Shown here: in pieces, positions 39,182-51,125 of the stretch | Numbering within the stretch: position 1 is the stretch's first letter | How the letters are laid out: each line of letters opens with the position of its first letter | NCBI GenBank assembly: GCA_026770705.1 | Contig: JANJGN010000017.1 | Span: 27,528,001-27,592,000 of the forward strand | DNA from: Isurus oxyrinchus | Lineage: Eukaryota | Length of the DNA: 64,000 nucleotides | Direction of reading: 5' to 3' | Position numbers and translations under genes: made by a program | Notes under the pieces: generated by a model | Told to the model about the DNA's origin: nothing | The model's input: only the letters and a program-made list of their open reading frames with translations | The model's database searches: none

Positions 39182-40237
39182 AAATAAACTCTACTAAGAT
39201 GCAAGTGCCATTTCAGGCAGCATAAACTTGATATTGTAGTGAAAGAATTTTTTGTAGGAAAGGGCAAACCATGGCTAAAAAATGCGTTTACTGAAAGTGG
39301 ATTTTTTTTTGGAGAGAAGTTATCCACAAAAGCAAACAGTTTAATGACTTCAAAGTGTTGACAAGGGGAAAAATGGCTCATTATAAAACTCTGCAAAACA
39401 AGGATGATGATAGAGCTGTGCCACCAAAATATTTAGGAGAAAGTTTTCCTCTTCGGTGAGTTCTCTTATCAGAATGCACTTCTGCTCACCAGTCTGATCC
39501 CAGATTGACCCAGTTGAATTTTTCTTAGTGAGCTCTAATTAAATATTTAGGACAGACTCCCGTTGCTATTTCTACTCTCTATTGAGAGCCCACCTCAGGG
39601 TTGGTAGGGGGTTGGCAAAAGAAGCTGAAAGGGCAAAGGCAGCTTTTCTGTATCTAAAACAATTTGGCTTACTGCACTGTCTGAGGTCCTTGGTTCTTTA
39701 TTGAATCCTAATCTAATGACTCTTCATTTGAAATATTGCCTGATATTCAGCAAAGAGTCCCTTCCTCTTGGGCTTGAGTGAAAGAGGGCCAAAAAGGTTA
39801 TGAGTCAGGCCCCATGGGTGATTGTGGTCTTGGTGGTGAATGTGACTTCCACAAACCCATGCATGGTTATTCAATGTTGCCAGATGTTTAGTAGGAAGCA
39901 GATATACCTTGTAACAGTGCACTGTATTAAACATGTTTCCTGCTCCCAGTCATCTTCCCTTCAATCCATTGACCATTATCTGCAATTTACCATCAATGCA
40001 CAGGAGATACTAAAATACCTTTCATATTCCCTTCCTTTTTCAGCAAATGGTTCTGGAGCCACACATGTACATGTAGGGGCATAGTGTAAGCCTCTTGTGA
40101 TTTTTAAAAATTCTTTCATGGGATGTGATCATTGCTGACAAGGCCACAATTTATTACCCATCCCTAATTTTGCTTGAGAACGTGATGGTGAGCCACCTTC
40201 TTGAACTGCCGAAATCCATATGGTATAGGTATACTTG

Positions 40238-43200
40238 CATAAGACCATAAGACATAGGAGCAGAAATTAGGCCATTCGGCCCATCAAGTCTGTTCCACCA
40301 TTCAATCATGGCTGATAAGTTTCTCAACCCCATTCTCCTGCTTTCTCCCCGTAACCTTTGATCCTCTTACCAATCAAGAACCTATCTATCTCGGTCTTAA
40401 ATACACTCAATGACCTGGCCTCCGCAGCCTTGTGTGGCAATGAATTCCATAGATTTACCACTCTCTGGCTAAAGAAGTTTCTCCTCATCTCTGTTCTAAA
40501 AGGTCTTCCCTTTACTCTGAGGCTGTGCCCTTGGGTCCTAGTCTCTCCTACTATTGGAAACATCTTCGCCATGTCCACTCTATCCAGGCCTTTCAGTATT
40601 CTGTAAGTTTCAATCAGAACCCCCCTCATTCTTCTAAACTCCATCGAGTATAGACCCAGAGTCCTCAAACGTTCCTCATATGTTAAGCCTTTCGTTCCTG
40701 GGATCATTCTCGTGAACCTCCTCTTGACCCTCTCCAGGGCCAGCACATCCTTCCTGAGATACAGGGCCCAAAATTGCTCATAATATTCTAAATGTGGTCT
40801 GACCAGAGCCTTATAAAGCCTCACCAGCACATCCCTGCTTTTATATTCTAGTCCTCTTGAAATAAATGCCAACATTGCATTTGCCTTCCTAACTACTGAC
40901 TCAACCTACAAGTTAACCTCAAGAGAATCCTGGGCTAGGACTCCCAAGTCCCTTTGCACTCCAGATTTCTGAATTCTCTTCCCATATAGAAAACAACCTA
41001 TGCCTTTATTCTTCCTACCAAAGTGCATGACCTCACACTTCTCACGTTGTATTCCATCTGCCACTTCTTTGCCCATTTTCCTAACCTGTCCACATCCTTC
41101 TGCAGCCTCCCCGCCTCCTCAAAACTACCTGTCCCTCCACCTATCTTTGTATCATCTGCAAACTTAGCCAGGATGCCTTCAGTTCCTTCATCTAGATCAT
41201 TAATGTATAAAGTGAAAAGTTGTGGTTCCAACACTGACCCCTGAGGAACTCCACTAGTCACCGGCCACCATCCTGAGAAGGACCCCGTTATCCCCACTCT
41301 CTGCCTCCTGCCAGACAGCCAATCTTCTATCCATGCTAGTGCTTTGCCTCTAACACCATAGGCTCTTATCTTACTGAGCAGCCTCCTATGCGGCACCTTG
41401 TCAAAGGCCTTCTGGAAGTCCATGTAGATAACATCCATTGGCTCTCCTTTGTCTAACCTACTTGTTACCTCCTCAAAGAATTCTAACAGATTTGTCAGGC
41501 ATGACCTCTCCTTGATGAAACCATGCTAACTTTGCCCTATTTTACCATGCACTTCCAAGTATTCTGAAATCTCATCCTTAATAATGGACCCTAAAATCTT
41601 ACCAACGACCGAGGTCAGGGTAATCAGGCCTGTAATTTCCTGTCTTTTGCCTCACTCCCTTCTTAAACAGAAGGATTACATTAGCGATTTTCCAGTCCTC
41701 TGGGACCCTCCCTGACTCCAGTGATTCCTGAAAGATCACCACTAATGCCTTCACTATCTCTTCAGCTCTCTCCTTCAGAACTCTGGGGTGTAATCCATCT
41801 GGTCCAGGTAATTTAGAGCTGTGCCTAGTGGAGTTCCGCAGGGATCAGGGCTGGGACCTTTGTTGTTTGTGGTATACATAAATGATTTGGAGGAAAATGT
41901 AACTGGGCTAATTAGTAAGCTTGCAACTAAGGTTGGAGGAGTTGCAGATAGCGAAGAGGATTGTCAAAGGATACAACGGGATATAGATCGGGTGGAGACT
42001 TGGGTGGAGAAATGGCAAATAGAGTTTAATCCGGACAAATGAGAGGTAATGCATTTGGAAGGTCTAATACAGGTAGGATTATACAGTAAATGGTAGAGCC
42101 CTTAAGTGCATTGACAGGCAGAGGGATCTGGGTGTACAGGTCCACAGGTCACTGAAAGTGGCAATGCAGGTGGATAAGGTAGTCAGGAAGGCATATGGCA
42201 TGCTTGCCTTCATTGGCAGGGGTATTGATTATAAAAGCTGGGAAGTAATGCTGTAGCTGTATAGAACCTTGGTTAGGCCACACTTGGAATATTGCGCGCA
42301 ATTCTGGTCACCACATTACCAGAAGGATATGGAGGCATTGGAGAGGGTGCAGAGGAGGTTTACCAGGATACTGCCTTGTCTGGAGGTTATTAGCTATGAG
42401 GAGAGATTGGAGAAACTCGGATTGTTCTCACTAGAGCGACGGAGATTGAGGGGCGACTTGATAGAAGTTTACAAAATTATGAGTGGCATGGACCGAGTAG
42501 TTGGTCAGAAGCTTTTTCCCAGGGTGGAAGAGTCAATTACTCGGGGACATAGATTTAAGGTGAGAGGAGAAAACTATAAAGGAGATGTTCGGGGCAAGTT
42601 TTTTATGCAGAGGGTAGTGAGTGTCTGGAATTCGCTGCCAGAGGAGGTGGTGGAAGCAGGTACGATAGTGGTGTTTAAGAGGCAACTTGACAAATATATG
42701 AATAGGATGGGAATAGAGGGATACGGATCCCGGAAGTGCAAAATGTTTTAGTTTGACAGGCAATATGATCAGCGCAGGCTTGGAGGCCGAAGGGCCTGTT
42801 CCTGTGCTGTACTTTTCTTTGTTCTTTGATTTATCCACCTTCAGACCTTTCAGTTTTCCTAGCACCTTCTCCTTGGTAATGGCCACCATACTCACCTTTG
42901 CGCCCCCAACTCTCTTGAACTTTGGGAATGTTACTCGTGTCTTCCACCGTGAAGACTGACGCAAAGTACTTATTCAATTCCTCCGCCATTTCTTTGTTCC
43001 CCACTACTACTTCTCCAGCGTCATTTTCCAGCGGCCCAATGTCCACTTTTGCCTCTTTCTTACCCTTTATATATCTAAAAAAACTCTTGCAATCTTCTTT
43101 TATATTACTGCCTAGTTTACCCTCATATTTAATCTTCTCTCTCATTTCTTTTTTAGTTGTCCTCTGTTGGTCTTTGTAGGTTTCCCAATCCCCTGGTTTC

Positions 43201-43305
43201 CCACTGCTCTTCGCCGCATTGTATGCTTTCTCTTTAGTTTTTATGCTGTCCCTGACTTCCCTTGTCAGCCATGGTTGCCTTGTCCTCCCTTTACTTTGCT
43301 TCTTT
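40238..43305 (-). mobile_element. CR1 LINE ORF2 (RT), 5'-truncated, interrupted at 41816-42828
   Basis: MDFQKAFDKVPH, SGVPQGSVL, KFADDTK, LYKALVRPHLEY; (cataaga)n tail at 40238-40258. Confidence 0.95.
41816..42828 (+). mobile_element. Younger CR1 LINE inserted antisense into the CR1 above
   Basis: SGVPQGS...VRPHLEYCAQFWSPH...WNSLP; ttctttgttctttg tail; TSD ATTTA at 41811-41815 and 42829-42833. Confidence 0.93.
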
Positions 43306-44744
43306 AGTATGCTTTCAGTGCGGTTCGGTAGTGAGCTCCAGGTTTTTGACTTAGTGACAGTGAAGGAACAGCGATCTAATTCCAAGTCAGCTGTGGGGCA
43401 TGGAGGGGAACTTGCAGCTGGTGGTGTTCCCATGCATCTGCTGCCCTTGTCCTAGGTGGTAAAGTTTGCAAGTTTGGAAGGTGCTGTTGAAGGAGAGTTG
43501 GCGAGTTGCTGCAGTACATCTTGTAAATGGTACATACTTGGCTGCCACTGTGGGCCGGTGGTGAATGTTTAAGTTGCTGGATGCGGTGCCAATGAAGTGG
43601 GCTGATAATATATATTATCCTCGTTCCTACACCTGTCATTGCCCCAAAAAGGAATGCTTTTTGACCTATGTTGTATTTCCTATGATGGCAAGCAGATTGC
43701 CTTCCCACCCTTTATCTTCTTGTGAAAGAGGAAATCAGACCACAACCTATGGTGTGGAACTTCCACCTCATTCTCTTCTGGGATTCTCCTGAAAAGCATT
43801 GGTCAGCCATCTGAGAAACCCCAGCCTTGGACAAATAGATAGAGGCTGGAACGGTTGTAGGCATCAAGGTGTGGCTGAGTGATGAAAAGAACAATAGAAA
43901 GGCTCACAGATTTGTTTGCCTTGTGATGGTTTTAATCAATGATGGGACATTTCAGAAATGATTTGGAGCAAGGCGAGGGCCAGCAAAATGTTGGAGTAGG
44001 TGTAATTGCCAAATCAAGACCATGATGGCTGAACCTAATGGGCCAAATCTTGTGGTTTAGTGGCATATTACATTAGTTTTTCCTATGCTTTTCAGCTCAA
44101 ATATAGTTTGTGCTATAACTTGTTGGAAGAACAAGCTGCAGTGAATGCATTTTGACATTGGTGACCTTAGTGAATGATGGGACCAGCACTCCATCTCCTT
44201 AACCAATGAGATTTAACGATTGAGAAAGAAATAGACAGAGAAATGACAGAAGGAGGGGGAATAAAGAGACAAATCAGGCACAGAAAGAGAAATAGGGAAG
44301 GAACAATTTGGACTGAGAGAAAAAAAAAGAGCCAAAAAAGCTAGAAAAAATATTTAAAGTTTAAATTTTAAAAATCACTATAAATAATTTACAATATTCA
44401 GGAATGAGATTCCACAGTTCAGTAGTTCCCTTTCTGGGACAGAGAGGTTGATTGGCATTGCATTAATTATTATGCTGTTAAAAATGTAGCTGGGTTATTA
44501 AATATGAGCCCTAACTATCTGTGGCAAGTTAATGTGTGGCCAATTAATGTTCAAGTCAAGCAAGTTTAAAAAAAATAACAGGGACATTGAGGATGAGTCA
44601 TTTGTGCGAGCCAGTAAATCAACCATTATATTCTGAAGATTTGCTGCTCGCACGATATCTCTTCCTCCCCTGAATTTATTGGCTGATTTGTGCATTAATA
44701 ATGCCTTGTGTCATGAACTCTCATAAGTCTTACTTAGAGCCAAA

Positions 44745-44925
44745 CATAAGATCATAAGAACTAGGAGCAGGAGTAGGCAATTCAGCCCCTCGAGCCTGCC
44801 TCGCCATTCATTACGATCATGGCTTATCTGATTTTGGCCTCAACTTCAAATTCCCGCCCTCTCCCCATAACCTTTCAAACCGTTACTAATTAAAAATCTG
44901 TCTATCTCCTCCTTAAAGTTCCTTT
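44745..44925 (-). mobile_element. CR1 3' tail fragment
   Basis: acataagatcataagaactaggagcaggagtaggc. Confidence 0.8.
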
Positions 44926-47468
44926 ATTAACTTTTGGCAATGGGTACTAGTCAACAACTTCTCTCTGAAGTAGGCTTTAGGCTGCCTGCTGACCTCATAG
45001 CCCTTCCTCACTATCCTCATCCATCCCTTCAAAGCACAGGGATTGCCTAATAGAAATGGAATTGTGTCCTGTGCTTCTTAGGTAATTGTTAAAAAAAAAA
45101 TTCACAGTAATGCAGGAATGTCACCAAAAAATGAATCTTTAGCTACAAAATTTTATTAAGTACCTTATCCTAATATACTATTGCATGTCAACCACTACCT
45201 ATCAATCAGTAGTGTCACTTTAATAGAGTTGTTTTGAGGTAGTTCATGGACAGCAAAGGAAGCAATTTTAACATAAATTTGATTTGCATGCAAGTTCAGT
45301 TGTGACAGTTCTTGTGGCTGCCATGAGGAAAAATGCAATGTTGCCAAGGGGCTTTGAACTTGCATCGGCATTTGGCCTTTCTGCCTCATTTTTCTCCATT
45401 GTTTTCCCAAAATCTGCCACAAAATTGGCAACAAATGGAAGGAAAGTCCTTGGAGTCCAATTTACATTGATGCCTTATTTATTATTATTGCACAAAGTAT
45501 ATTATTGAATGTAAGCCCTTTAACATGTTTAAAAAAATTATACCTTTACTTACAAATCCCAGTGGAAAAAATTCAGTGTGGGCTGCTTGATCACTTCCCT
45601 ATTTTCAGCTATCCTTTCTACTCTTTCTGCTGGCTGGCTTAGAGTTTATTGTACATTTTTCTTTTTGCGCTTTCTTTCTACACTGTGTTCTGTTTCTGAA
45701 TTATGCTCTCTCCCACTCCAAATACCTCTCTTTAGTTTATGACTACTTCCTTGTCCCATTATACTCTCAGTTTTAATGAATCTCTACTAGAGCATTGGAG
45801 TCAATGCTATCCTTTTCACAGGCATATATTTCTTGTGTGCATCTTAGGTTTCCCTGATACCTTGATTTCAATTGTAGGAGTAAACAACCAAGTTTTTTTT
45901 TTGGATCACTTATTTGAGCTGTCTTCAGGAATAACTGATGAATTATAGCGATCTTAAGATGCATACCATCATTCTGCTAGATATTGTGGTTATATAACAT
46001 AGAGCTAGCTGTCTGCTGCTCACCTAATTAGTGTTAATTAGCTAGAAGAAAATGATTCTCAGGTCTGGATTTTAACTTTCAGGGGGTTTCTGTTAGGAAT
46101 TGAATAGCCTGGCCTGATTTAAGTTCCACAGGGCAGGAAGTGGTAGAAAATTGGGTGGCTAGTGTTGTAATATGAGGTACATACACCTTTAAGGGTATGT
46201 ATCTTAAAATGCTGTCAATCACTTTCACCTCGCCAAGATGTTATGCATCTGTCCCATGACTTGTAGTAAGTCTACAAGCAGCAGCAGGAGAGATCAAATA
46301 TACTATGCTTGGCCTCCTAGTTAACTCTATATGTATATAGCCTTATCTTCAAATAAAGAACACACATTGTTGTTTCACCAACTCTTGCCATATGATTGGT
46401 ATGTTTATGTCAAAGAGAAGAATGTAACATGGTTGCAGCATGGTTTTTTTTGAGATTTGACTAAAGTACACAGCCTCAACCCTTCACATGCAGCAGAAGA
46501 ACAATTGGCGTAGAAATAAAACAACTGTAAAATATTCACAATGTGTAAGTAATTCTGCAGCACTGTATGAATCCTACACACTGCATCTTAATTTTGAGAT
46601 TGCTCCCTCACTCCAGCCAGGAGTACCAAGTCCTTGTTTGAATTTGGGAGAGTTTCATTAGTATAAGTCTATCTGCTATGAGGTTTAAGCAGGAATAGAA
46701 ATTAAATAACTGACTGTGGAAAGCCTAACCTTAAGAGAAGCTTAGAGACAGGAGAGACTGCATTACTGCTGCCTGATGTTCCAGCTGGAGATCTGGGGAA
46801 GTTAAAATACTGCATACTGGGTTGGGAAGAAGAATCCATCCAAGAGCAGCTCCTAAGAGCCAGAAGAAGCCTGTTAAAAAAAAAAAGCTTTTTTCACTGT
46901 TTTATTTTACTTTTGAAGGCTGCAGTTCCTATTCGTGCCTAAAATCGCTGTTTTGTGGGTGGAGCTTCAGTAAGTTCAGGAGCAGAATTTTCTGTTTGAC
47001 GTGCGGGGGGTGTGGGCCCTGCACGTCCGCGTGTAAAATGACGCACGGTGACGTTGGGCGAGCGTCTCGACATCACCGTATGCCATTCACTGGGTGGGAG
47101 CGTGATGAATTCCGACGGGCACCCGCTATTAATTAATGGGCCACTTAAGGCCCTTAAGCCTTCAATTGACGCTGATTTTTCAGCCCCCGTGTGAGCTTCG
47201 GGTTGGCGCACGGGAGCAAAGGGCAGGTGGGTAAGAGACTTTTCTATTAACCTCATCCACGGGTGGGGTAAGAGGGTTCAGTGGGGTCATGAATTTGCTT
47301 TGTGGTGTATTTATTGGAGAAGTATTTTAAATTTGCCTGTGTGACCTGCAGGACTTCAGAATGCATCCCAGCAGCTTTTTCTGGACTTTTAACCTTCAGG
47401 TCTGCACTCTGCATTGAGGACTCTTTTCCGGGCCTGCAGGTTTCAGGAAGCCTTCCCTTGGCCTGGGT

Positions 47469-48682
47469 ATGGGATCTGACCTGCCCACTGGAGGCAGCTC
47501 CTCTGAGGAGGAAGGGAGGGCTAAAAGGAGGAGGAGGGCAGGAGGAGGCCATTCAACCTCCAGGGGAGCCACCTTTGGGAGGTCAGGCACAAGGGGTGCA
47601 GGGCCAAAAGGTAGGAAGGGGCCGCAAAAGATGCCACTATCCTGCTGCCAGGGTATACAGGCGGCAAAACAGTTACCTCAATACGTCTGAAGTGCAGTGC
47701 CGACGGAGGCTCCGTCTCTCAATGAAGACAGTCAACTATATCTGTCAGATGACTGGGCCTGAGATCTCCCCTAACTGTGTAGGTGGACACCCCATGCCAG
47801 CGGCTCTGAAGGTCACAGCTGCCCTCAACTTCTATGCCTCTGGCTCCTTCCAGGGCTCGGTGGGTGATCTTTGCGGTGTCTCCCAATCAGCTGTACACAC
47901 TTGCGTCAAGCAAGTCACAGACACTCTGTTCAGGTGTGCATTGACCTTTATCCACTTCTGTTGGGACCAGGCAAGCCAGACACAGCGAGCCAGAGGCTTT
48001 GTGGCCATTGCTGGCTTCCCCCGTGTTCAGGGTGCTATAGACTGTACACATGTGGCCATCAAGGCACCAGTGAGTGAGCCCAGTGCCTTCGTCAACAGGA
48101 AGGGCTTCCACTCCATGAACGTGCAGTTAGTGTGTGATCACAGGATGCTGATTCTACAAGTCTGTGCAAGGTACCCAAGAAGCTCCACAATGCCTACATC
48201 CTCAGACACTCCCAGGTGCCGGGGCTCTTCAGTGCTCCAGCCCGGCTGGATGGATGGCTGCTGGGTGACAAGGGCTATCCCCTCAGAAGGTGGCTCATGA
48301 CGCCTCTCCACCATCCAAGAACAGAAGCTGAGCAGCGGTACAACAGGAGCCACGCCTCCACAAGGGCTGTAGAGAGAGCCATCGGTCTTCTCAAGGTGCA
48401 CTTCTGATGCCTGGACCGCTCAGGGGGCGCACTCCAGTACCCCCCAGATCGTGTATCAGTGATGGTGGTTGCATGCCTCGCTCTCCACAATCTTGCGCTG
48501 GAAAGGGGGCACGCAGTTAACGTTGAAGATGTAGACACAGTGGCTGTGGCTGCACACGATGAGTCCAGCAGTGAGTCTGAGGATGAGCACACACACGGAA
48601 ATGCTGAGGAGGTAGACACTGACCCGGGACTACTCCAGGGAGGCAGGGACACCCGGGATGCTTTTCCAATGAACCTTCAGCT
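47469..48682 (+). pseudogene. Harbinger (HARBI1-like) DDE transposase, disrupted
   Basis: [61 protein letters not shown]. Frameshifts near 47550 and 48185; in-frame TGA at 48405-48407. Confidence 0.93.
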
Positions 48683-49378
48683 AGCACAGCACAGCTGGAT
48701 CACCAGGACGAGCCTGGGCTGCTGCCTCAATACTGGACACCTCAGTGCAAAATCTGCCAGATCATCAGCAGGAACTAAGGGCCTTGTATATAAAGCTGAA
48801 TGTCCAAACAAACACCCATGACACTTTTCTTAAACATACACATGGAGAAGAAATGAGCCACCCTCAGCCATGGTCACACATCTGGCATTTAATGTGTGAC
48901 CCAGAAATTCTCACAATTATTAAACACTATTGTGAACAATCAAAAATAAATCATAAGGACCTAATCTCGGGCCAACACAAAAGCACCAGTGAAAAATGAA
49001 TGGTGTGCCTAATGTGCCTAATGAGGGCAGCAGATGGTTCTTAGCCAAGACACCTTGAGACTCCCCTTCTACCTTCTCATCGCCCTGAATAGGACATGTG
49101 CTGGAGTTCTGAGTATGTGCCTCGCTGCATCTCCTGCAGGTTACCCCCAGACTGGTTATGTGCGACTAAGAACAACACATGGTGCGGGGGAGAACTCATC
49201 TCCTCATGACCCACTCAGGCTGACCTCAGTGTGGGCACTATCTGCTTGGCCGCACAGCAAAGGAAAAATGCCCTAAATGATTCAGTGCAGTCACAACATT
49301 AAGACTTGGGAAGGTGGGGGGCCTCAGAGGGTAAGGCCACCTGCTGGGTTAAATGCCCAATGCCAAGATGGCACTCAC

Positions 49379-50125
49379 CCTGCCAGAGTGCAACAAATCA
49401 TTGAAGTGCTTGTGGCACTGGATCCAGGTGCGTTGCACCACATCACTGGGGCTCACCACCTCCGCCACCTCCTCCCAGGCACGTTTGGTCATGTGGGGAG
49501 GCCTCCTCCTCCCATCCTGGAGGACCAACACCTCCCGCTGTGCTGCCACCTCCTTGAGGAGGGCAGCAAGGCATTCATCAGAAAAACGAGGGGCGCTTTG
49601 GCCCCCCCCTGCTGGCCTACACTGCAGCATGGCCTGCTCCTCTGCCCTACCCTGCAGCCTGGCCTGCTGCTGTGGCCTACCCTGCAGCCTGGCCTGCTCC
49701 TCTGGCCTACCCTGCAGCATGGCCTGCTCCTCTGCCCTACCCTGCAGCCTGGCCTGCTGCTCTGGCCTACCCTGCAGCCTGGCCTGCTCCTCTGGCCTAC
49801 CCTGCAGCCTGGCCTGCTCCTCTGGCCTACCCTGCAGCATGGCCTGCTCCTCTGCCCTACCCTGCAGCCTGGCCTGCTGCTGTGGCCTACCCTGCAGCAT
49901 GGCCTGCTCCTCTGCCCTACCCTGCAGCCTGGTCTGCTGCTGTGGCCTACCCTGCAGGCTGGCCTGCTGCTGTGGCCTACCCTGCAGCCTGGCCTGCTCC
50001 CCTGGCCTACCCTGCAGCCTGGCCTGCTGCTCTGGCCTACCCTGCAGCCTGGCCTGCTCCTCTGGTCTACCCTGCAGCCTGGCCTGCACACCTGGACCCC
50101 TCTGGTGCGGCCTAGAACTGGCCAT
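49379..50125 (-). CDS. Harbinger Myb/SANT-like DNA-binding protein, first exon, with N-terminal 10-aa repeats
   Basis: ATG at 50125. APRFSDECLAALLKEVAAQREVL...RAWEEVAEVVS...RTWIQCHKHFNDLL. Ends at donor GTGAGT (49378-49373). A second exon was not identified. Confidence 0.8.
49608..50087. repeat. 30-bp coding minisatellite x16
   Basis: Unit cctgcagcctggcctgctcctctggcctac; encodes QARLQGRPEE on the minus strand. Confidence 0.97.
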
Positions 50126-50599
50126 TGTGAGCAGCCTACAGAAGGCTGCTAGACTTTCCTTTAAACAGACTGCTGGGTCGCCATTGGGCCCTGTGGTCTG
50201 TGCATGCCCACCGCCGCACACACACTCCCGTTATCCACAAGAGTCGCGAACTACACTGGGCAGGCCTTAATTGGTCCACGCCAGTTCCTGCGCCCCCTCC
50301 CCCCGCAACACTGCCCCCTTCCCCCACCCAAACGGAAAATCCTGGCCCAGGAAAAGAAGAAAGAGCTTAACACCACCACCATTGCATTCAAAGAGCAATC
50401 TATGACCATCTAAGGCAGTGGCTACTTACAGTACTGCAACTCCGAACTACATTAAATTTAGAAGAGTGGGATAATGTCCTAACTATCCTGCAAAAAGCCA
50501 CAAGATAACCCTACCTGAGCTTGTTATTACAGCAACGTGTAAAGCTGTTTTCTGGCCCTCAATATTTCCAAACCAGAGAAACTAGATATTAAAATTAAA

Positions 50600-51125
50600 A
50601 TTACTATAGATAATGAAGGACAGACTGCACACGATAACCATCTTAAAAATCCAGATAAAATATGGTCAACACTCGAACATTAATTACAAGTGAAGCCCAA
50701 CTTCTGAATACACCATCTAGAATTCAAGTCTAGGCAACAACCGACAGAGACCATTGATCAATTCATAAATAGATGCAGGGACAAGGGGCATAACTGTGAC
50801 TTCATGGCAGAGGAGCTGGCCGACTGAATAATCATGCTGGAGATAGCATCTGCCCATGGAAGTGTTCCAAAAAGACCACTTGCACTAACCGAAAGGTTAC
50901 CCATGGAAGCACTACTACAAAGCAGATGCACGTATGAAGCCACTACACTACTCGGTAGACAGAGCCTACAGACTATGAGTACTTGTCCACTATTAATTCA
51001 GGCAAGACAAGTAAGCAATGCAGGTGATGGGTCCTCATACATGCAGCTAGAAATTGCTCAGCTTTTAATGCTATATGCAAGGCATGTAGCACTATAGGAC
51101 ACTGGAAGCAACAATGCAGAAAGCA
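50600..51125 (+). pseudogene. Disrupted gag with CCHC zinc knuckle
   Basis: QQPTETIDQFINRCRDKGHNCDF, and CKACSTIGHWKQQC (CX2CX4HX4C) at ~51078-51120. Confidence 0.75.

Larger units (their letters stand above)
40105..43610 (-). mobile_element. CR1/L2-group LINE fragment split into 40105-40237 and ~43310-43610 by nested CR1s
   Basis: The two pieces are colinear with the uninterrupted copy at 6915-7350. Confidence 0.8.
46980..50347. mobile_element. PIF/Harbinger DNA transposon (transposase plus Myb/SANT genes, convergent)
   Basis: TIRs gagcagaattttctgtttg / caaacggaaaatcctggcc; perfect 3-bp TSD CAG. Confidence 0.93.

Noticed and set aside
45103-45131. Recombination signal sequences (CACAGTG/A heptamers here and at ~4336, ~34329, ~37426)
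   Set aside because: None has a convincing ACAAAAACC nonamer at a 12 or 23 spacer; the frequency is consistent with chance.
47302-48682. Domesticated host gene HARBI1
   Set aside because: It is flanked by TIRs and a TSD, paired with a Myb ORF and disrupted, so it is a transposon copy.
49277-50270. Four other long overlapping ORFs (including Cys-rich, keratin- or metallothionein-like translations)
   Set aside because: They are alternative frames of the stop-poor 30-bp array; only the minus-strand frame runs into a recognisable Myb domain.
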